From the NCBI GenBank assembly GCA_965208835.1, contig OZ242358.1, positions 1,568,001-1,632,000 of the forward strand: DNA of 64,000 nucleotides. Direction: 5' to 3'. The translations under genes were made by a program, and so were the position numbers. Within the stretch, counting starts at the first letter, position 1. The number at the start of each line of letters is the position of its first letter. The stretch is from Candidatus Latescibacterota bacterium. GTDB taxonomy: Bacteria; Latescibacterota; UBA2968; GCA-2709665. This document shows, in pieces, positions 59,590 through 64,000 of this stretch. The notes beneath the pieces were generated by a model that was not told the origin of the DNA, searched no databases, and saw nothing but the letters and a program-made list of their open reading frames with translations.

Positions 59590-61746
59590 TCAGTTTCTGC
59601 GTCGCCTGCGTCTGCCGGCTCTACTTCTGTGGTTGCGGCCCCGTCCGGGCTTCGAACCGCCTTCCTGCAACAGAAAATCGAGCCGGCGGAGTCTTCTGTC
59701 CGCCCGGACAAGCTGGACCACCACCGGGTCGCCCAGACGGAACCGTCTTCCGGTGCGTTGTCCGATGAGAGCGCCTTCGTTTTCGCGATATACGTAGTAG
59801 TCGTCTCCAATCGTACTGACCCTGACCAGACCGTCAATCAGACAGTCGTTGAGTTCCGCGAAGAATCCCATGGCCCTGACGCCAACGATAACCGCGTTGA
59901 ATGCATCGCCGACGCGATCCTCCAGAAAGCGGATCTGCTTGACCTTGACGGATGCCCGCTCCGCTTCCTGAGCCACCGTTTCCCGGCCGGTAACGACGTC
60001 GCCGAGCGCCGGAAGTCGTTCCCGGAGCCCGTTTTCTCGTTCTTCGGTCAGACCGCCGGCTTCTTTCAGGAGCCGATGGATCATCAGGTCGGGGTACCGC
60101 CGAATGGGGGAAGTGAAGTGGGTGTACGTGTCGCAGGCGAGACCGAAATGCCCGATGTTTTCAGGCGAATAGACGGCTTTCTTCATGGACTGCAGCAGCC
60201 TGGCGTTCAGCACCTGCCCGGAACGCTTCCCTTCGACTGCAGCCAGGAATTTCTGAATGTCGGCGGGCGTGATCCGGTCCCTCCGCGGAAAGCCGAACCC
60301 GAAGGCGGCGGCTGTGTCTGCGAATTCCGCAAGTTTCCGCGCGTCCGGCCTTTCGTGAATGCGGTACAGACCCGGGAGATTCCGGTCACGAATATGGCGT
60401 GCCACGGTTTCGTTGGCCAGCAGCATGAATTCCTCGATGATCCGGTGACTGTCGAGGCGTTCGCTCTTCCGTATTTCGGCGACGTTGCCCTCGCCGTCCA
60501 CGACGATCCGCGGTTCGGTCAGGTTGAAGTCAATCGCACCGCGCTTCATTCGCCGGCCGGTTATACGTCTTCGCAGATGGTCCATTTCCCGCAAGAGCGC
60601 GCGCTGCGGCGAAGGTTCGGCCGACCCGCTTCCATTTAGGAATTCCTGTGCCTGACGGTACGACAGCCTCGCCCTGCTTCGGACCGTGGACGGGGCGATC
60701 TGAGACTTCAGCGGCCGGCCGTTCCCATCCAGGTCGATCAGTACGCTGACAGCAAGCCGGTCCTTACCGGGCAGCAGGGAACAAAGGTCTCCCGAGAGGC
60801 GTTCCGGCAGCATGGGTATCGCACGATCCGCGAGGTAGATGCTGGTCCCTCGCGTCAGGGCTTCGTGGTCCAGCGGGCCGCCTTCCTTGACGTAATAACC
60901 CACGTCGGCAATGTGTACGCCCAGCCGGTATCCGCCTCCCGGCCTGTCTTCCAGAGAGACCGCGTCGTCGTGGTCCCTGGCGTCTTCCGGATCGATCGTA
61001 ACGCAAAAGAGATGACGAAGGTCCAGCCGGTTAAGGGTTTCGGCCTCTGGAATCCGGTCTGGAAACGCCTGTGCGGCTGCCAGTACATGCGGGGGAAATT
61101 CAACGGGCAGGTCGTACTCTTTCACAATGGAAAGGGTGTCGATGCCCGGGTCGCCGGGTTGGCCCAGAACGTCGACGACCTGGCCTTCAGGATTGGCGTT
61201 CCCGGGGAGCCAGGGTCGGAGGCGGACGACGACCAGTTGGCCGTCCGCGGCGCCTCCGGCATCTTCGGGAGAGATGTAGACATCCCGCGGAAATCGGGGA
61301 TTGTCGGGTTCCACGAAGCCGAAGCGGGTTCCCGCCCGGTAGATCCCGATAATGGATCTGGCGCCGCGTTCGATTACACGGCTGATCTCATTGCCGCCGC
61401 GCCTCCGGGATATCCGGACAACGACTCGGTCGCCGTGCAACGCGCCTCGCAAGCCCCCGGGGCCGACAAAGACGTCCGGGCTTTCACCATCGCGACAGAC
61501 GAAACCGAAACCGTCGGGACTGACGCTGAGTAGACCCGTGGCGAGATTGAGCTTGGCCGGGGGGCCAAAACGGTTGTTGCGCAACTTGACGATGGCGCCT
61601 TCCCGTTCGAGCTGAACGAGCAGCCGTCGAAATCGCCGGTAGTCGTTTTCGGGCACCCTCAATGCCCGGCTCAGTTCGCGAGGTTTGAGCGGGCGCCCCG
61701 ATTCATTTCGAATAAAATCCAGAACCCGGGCGCGGGTTATGGACAT
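59590..61746 (-). CDS. rnr: Ribonuclease R
   Basis: TIDPEDARDHDDA, IEEFMLLAN, YTHFTSPIRRYPDL, S1 domain, basic tail. Confidence 0.95.
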   Translation of the reverse strand: MSITRARVLDFIRNESGRPLKPRELSRALRVPENDYRRFRRLLVQLEREGAIVKLRNNRFGPPAKLNLATGLLSVSPDGFGFVCRDGESPDVFVGPGGLRGALHGDRVVVRISRRRGGNEISRVIERGARSIIGIYRAGTRFGFVEPDNPRFPRDVYISPEDAGGAADGQLVVVRLRPWLPGNANPEGQVVDVLGQPGDPGIDTLSIVKEYDLPVEFPPHVLAAAQAFPDRIPEAETLNRLDLRHLFCVTIDPEDARDHDDAVSLEDRPGGGYRLGVHIADVGYYVKEGGPLDHEALTRGTSIYLADRAIPMLPERLSGDLCSLLPGKDRLAVSVLIDLDGNGRPLKSQIAPSTVRSRARLSYRQAQEFLNGSGSAEPSPQRALLREMDHLRRRITGRRMKRGAIDFNLTEPRIVVDGEGNVAEIRKSERLDSHRIIEEFMLLANETVARHIRDRNLPGLYRIHERPDARKLAEFADTAAAFGFGFPRRDRITPADIQKFLAAVEGKRSGQVLNARLLQSMKKAVYSPENIGHFGLACDTYTHFTSPIRRYPDLMIHRLLKEAGGLTEERENGLRERLPALGDVVTGRETVAQEAERASVKVKQIRFLEDRVGDAFNAVIVGVRAMGFFAELNDCLIDGLVRVSTIGDDYYVYRENEGALIGQRTGRRFRLGDPVVVQLVRADRRLRRLDFLLQEGGSKPGRGRNHRSRAGRRRRRRN

Positions 61747-62007
61747 GGCGTCAATCCATCCCGTTCGCGGCAGATGACCAGAGGTCGGCGCCACCGCTAA
61801 ATTCTTGATGTGTGTGGGCTAATTTCTTATTTTTCAGCGGCCGTCCGGGTTCGTACTAAATATATAAGTTGGCAAAGAGAAAATCAAAACTAAATAGGCG
61901 AAGAACGGAGATTTTCATCTTGAAAGAAGGAGGTTCTCGAGCAGATCGACCGTATTCATCGTGTTTCACGCCCTGTACCAGGAAGATTTCACCAAAGGAG
62001 ATTCGTT

Positions 62008-62469
62008 ATGAGACGTCTGGTTCCGTTCGTTCTTCTACCGCTGTTTCTGTTGGTTCTGCACACGTCCGCGTCCGCGCACTGTGAAATACCCTGCGGGATC
62101 TATGGTGACGAAGCCCGGTTCTCGGCCATAGCGGAAAACCTTACGACCATAGAGAAGTCTATGAATCAGATTAACCTGCTTTCGGCCGATGCGGACAAGA
62201 ACATGAACCAGCTCGTACGGTGGGTGAATAACAAGGAATCGCACGCGGATCAGATTCGTGAAATTGTTGCGCAGTATTTCCTTGCACAGCGTATCAAGGC
62301 GCCGGCGAACGAAGATCCGGCCGCCCGCAAGGTGTACTCCGAGAAGCTGGCGTTGCTTCATCAGATGATCGTCTCTGCAATGAAATGCAAGCAGACCACC
62401 GATCCCGCACACGTGAAGAAGTCACGAGATCTGTTGCAGGCGTTCCAGGCCCTGTACAATCGGAAATAG
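62008..62469 (+). CDS. sodN: Nickel superoxide dismutase
   Basis: Ni-hook HCEIPCGIY after signal-like ASA; RWVNNKESHA. Confidence 0.92.
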   Translation: MRRLVPFVLLPLFLLVLHTSASAHCEIPCGIYGDEARFSAIAENLTTIEKSMNQINLLSADADKNMNQLVRWVNNKESHADQIREIVAQYFLAQRIKAPANEDPAARKVYSEKLALLHQMIVSAMKCKQTTDPAHVKKSRDLLQAFQALYNRK

Positions 62470-62509
62470 GCGGTCGCGGCAGGTCTGGTCCTGGAGCCGC
62501 AGGAAAATC

Positions 62510-62544
62510 ACACCGGGTGTCCCACGGAATGCCCGGTGTTTTTT
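62510..62544 (+). terminator. Intrinsic terminator after sodN
   Basis: ACACCGGG...CCCGGTGTTTTTT. Confidence 0.65.
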
Positions 62545-62565
62545 CGTGTACCGGCCAGATTTTTC

Positions 62566-62594
62566 TTGCCAAGTATACGACGGTTTGATATATT
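62566..62594 (+). promoter_or_regulatory. groESL sigma70 promoter
   Basis: TTGCCA-17bp-TATATT with extended TG. Confidence 0.7.
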
Positions 62595-62605
62595 TGTCGG
62601 CCGCG

Positions 62606-62632
62606 TTAGCACTCGACAGAATAGAGTGCTAA
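62606..62632. promoter_or_regulatory. CIRCE element (HrcA operator)
   Basis: TTAGCACTC-N9-GAGTGCTAA, perfect match. Confidence 0.97.
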
Positions 62633-62705
62633 CAATTGCAATAAGCACTTAAATTCGATAAATTTAACGCCAATTCCGTCTCAATTTATCAAGGAGGTAA
62701 GAGAC

Positions 62706-63002
62706 ATGGCAGTCAAGGTGAAGCCGCTGGGAGATCGTGTGCTGGTCAGGCCTCAGGAAGAAGAGGAACAGGTGAAAGGTGGCATCATTATTCCGGACAC
62801 GGCGAAAGAAAAGCCTCAGCGTGGTGAAATCGTGGCCGTTGGAGATGGCAAACTGGACGATTCCGGCAACAGGATTGCACCGTCCGTCTCATCCGGCGAC
62901 GTGGTGCTCTACGGCAAATATTCCGGCACCGAGGTAAGGCTGGACGACGAGGATCATCTCATTATGTCCGAGAGCGATATCCTGGCGATTATTGAAGACT
63001 GA
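62706..63002 (+). CDS. groES: Co-chaperonin GroES
   Basis: [31 protein letters not shown]. Confidence 0.98.
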   Translation: MAVKVKPLGDRVLVRPQEEEEQVKGGIIIPDTAKEKPQRGEIVAVGDGKLDDSGNRIAPSVSSGDVVLYGKYSGTEVRLDDEDHLIMSESDILAIIED

Positions 63003-63016
63003 GACGATTCAACTAA

Positions 63017-64000
<984 letters not shown>

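Overview
A 64-kb window from a GC-rich, diderm bacterium. The GWxTD, TPR and lipoprotein genes, many Gfo/Idh/MocA, AKR and PhyH genes, and dense intergenic repeats resemble Latescibacterota/Poribacteria-type genomes, but this is inference only. Host-like parts: a general L-amino acid ABC operon (aapJQM plus the start of aapP), a DMF-amidase-domain gene, a sugar/uronate catabolic block (solA-like oxidase, two uxuA-like paralogs, heparinase II/III, AKRs, MFS), a Co-type nitrile hydratase operon behind two PhyH dioxygenases, a B12 radical SAM, hpf, nnrS, purF, rnr, Ni-SOD and CIRCE-groES-groEL. The main candidate new system is a visibly AT-richer, minus-strand island at ~6.4-21.4 kb: receiver/AraC regulator, then two modules of [double-glycine-leader cargo protein + exported TPR protein], a CPBP protease, a C39 peptidase ABC transporter with two cNMP domains, HlyD, a PpiC-like foldase and two small orphan peptides (one with 8 Cys). 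No RiPP tailoring enzyme is present. Other highlights: a PhyH enzyme with a halogenase-like HxG motif, a structured leader with a terminator ahead of the radical SAM gene, an SLBB/(F/Y)PDG-repeat/CAP lipoprotein, and several families of MITE/REP-like repeats. All calls come from motif recognition; no database searches were run.
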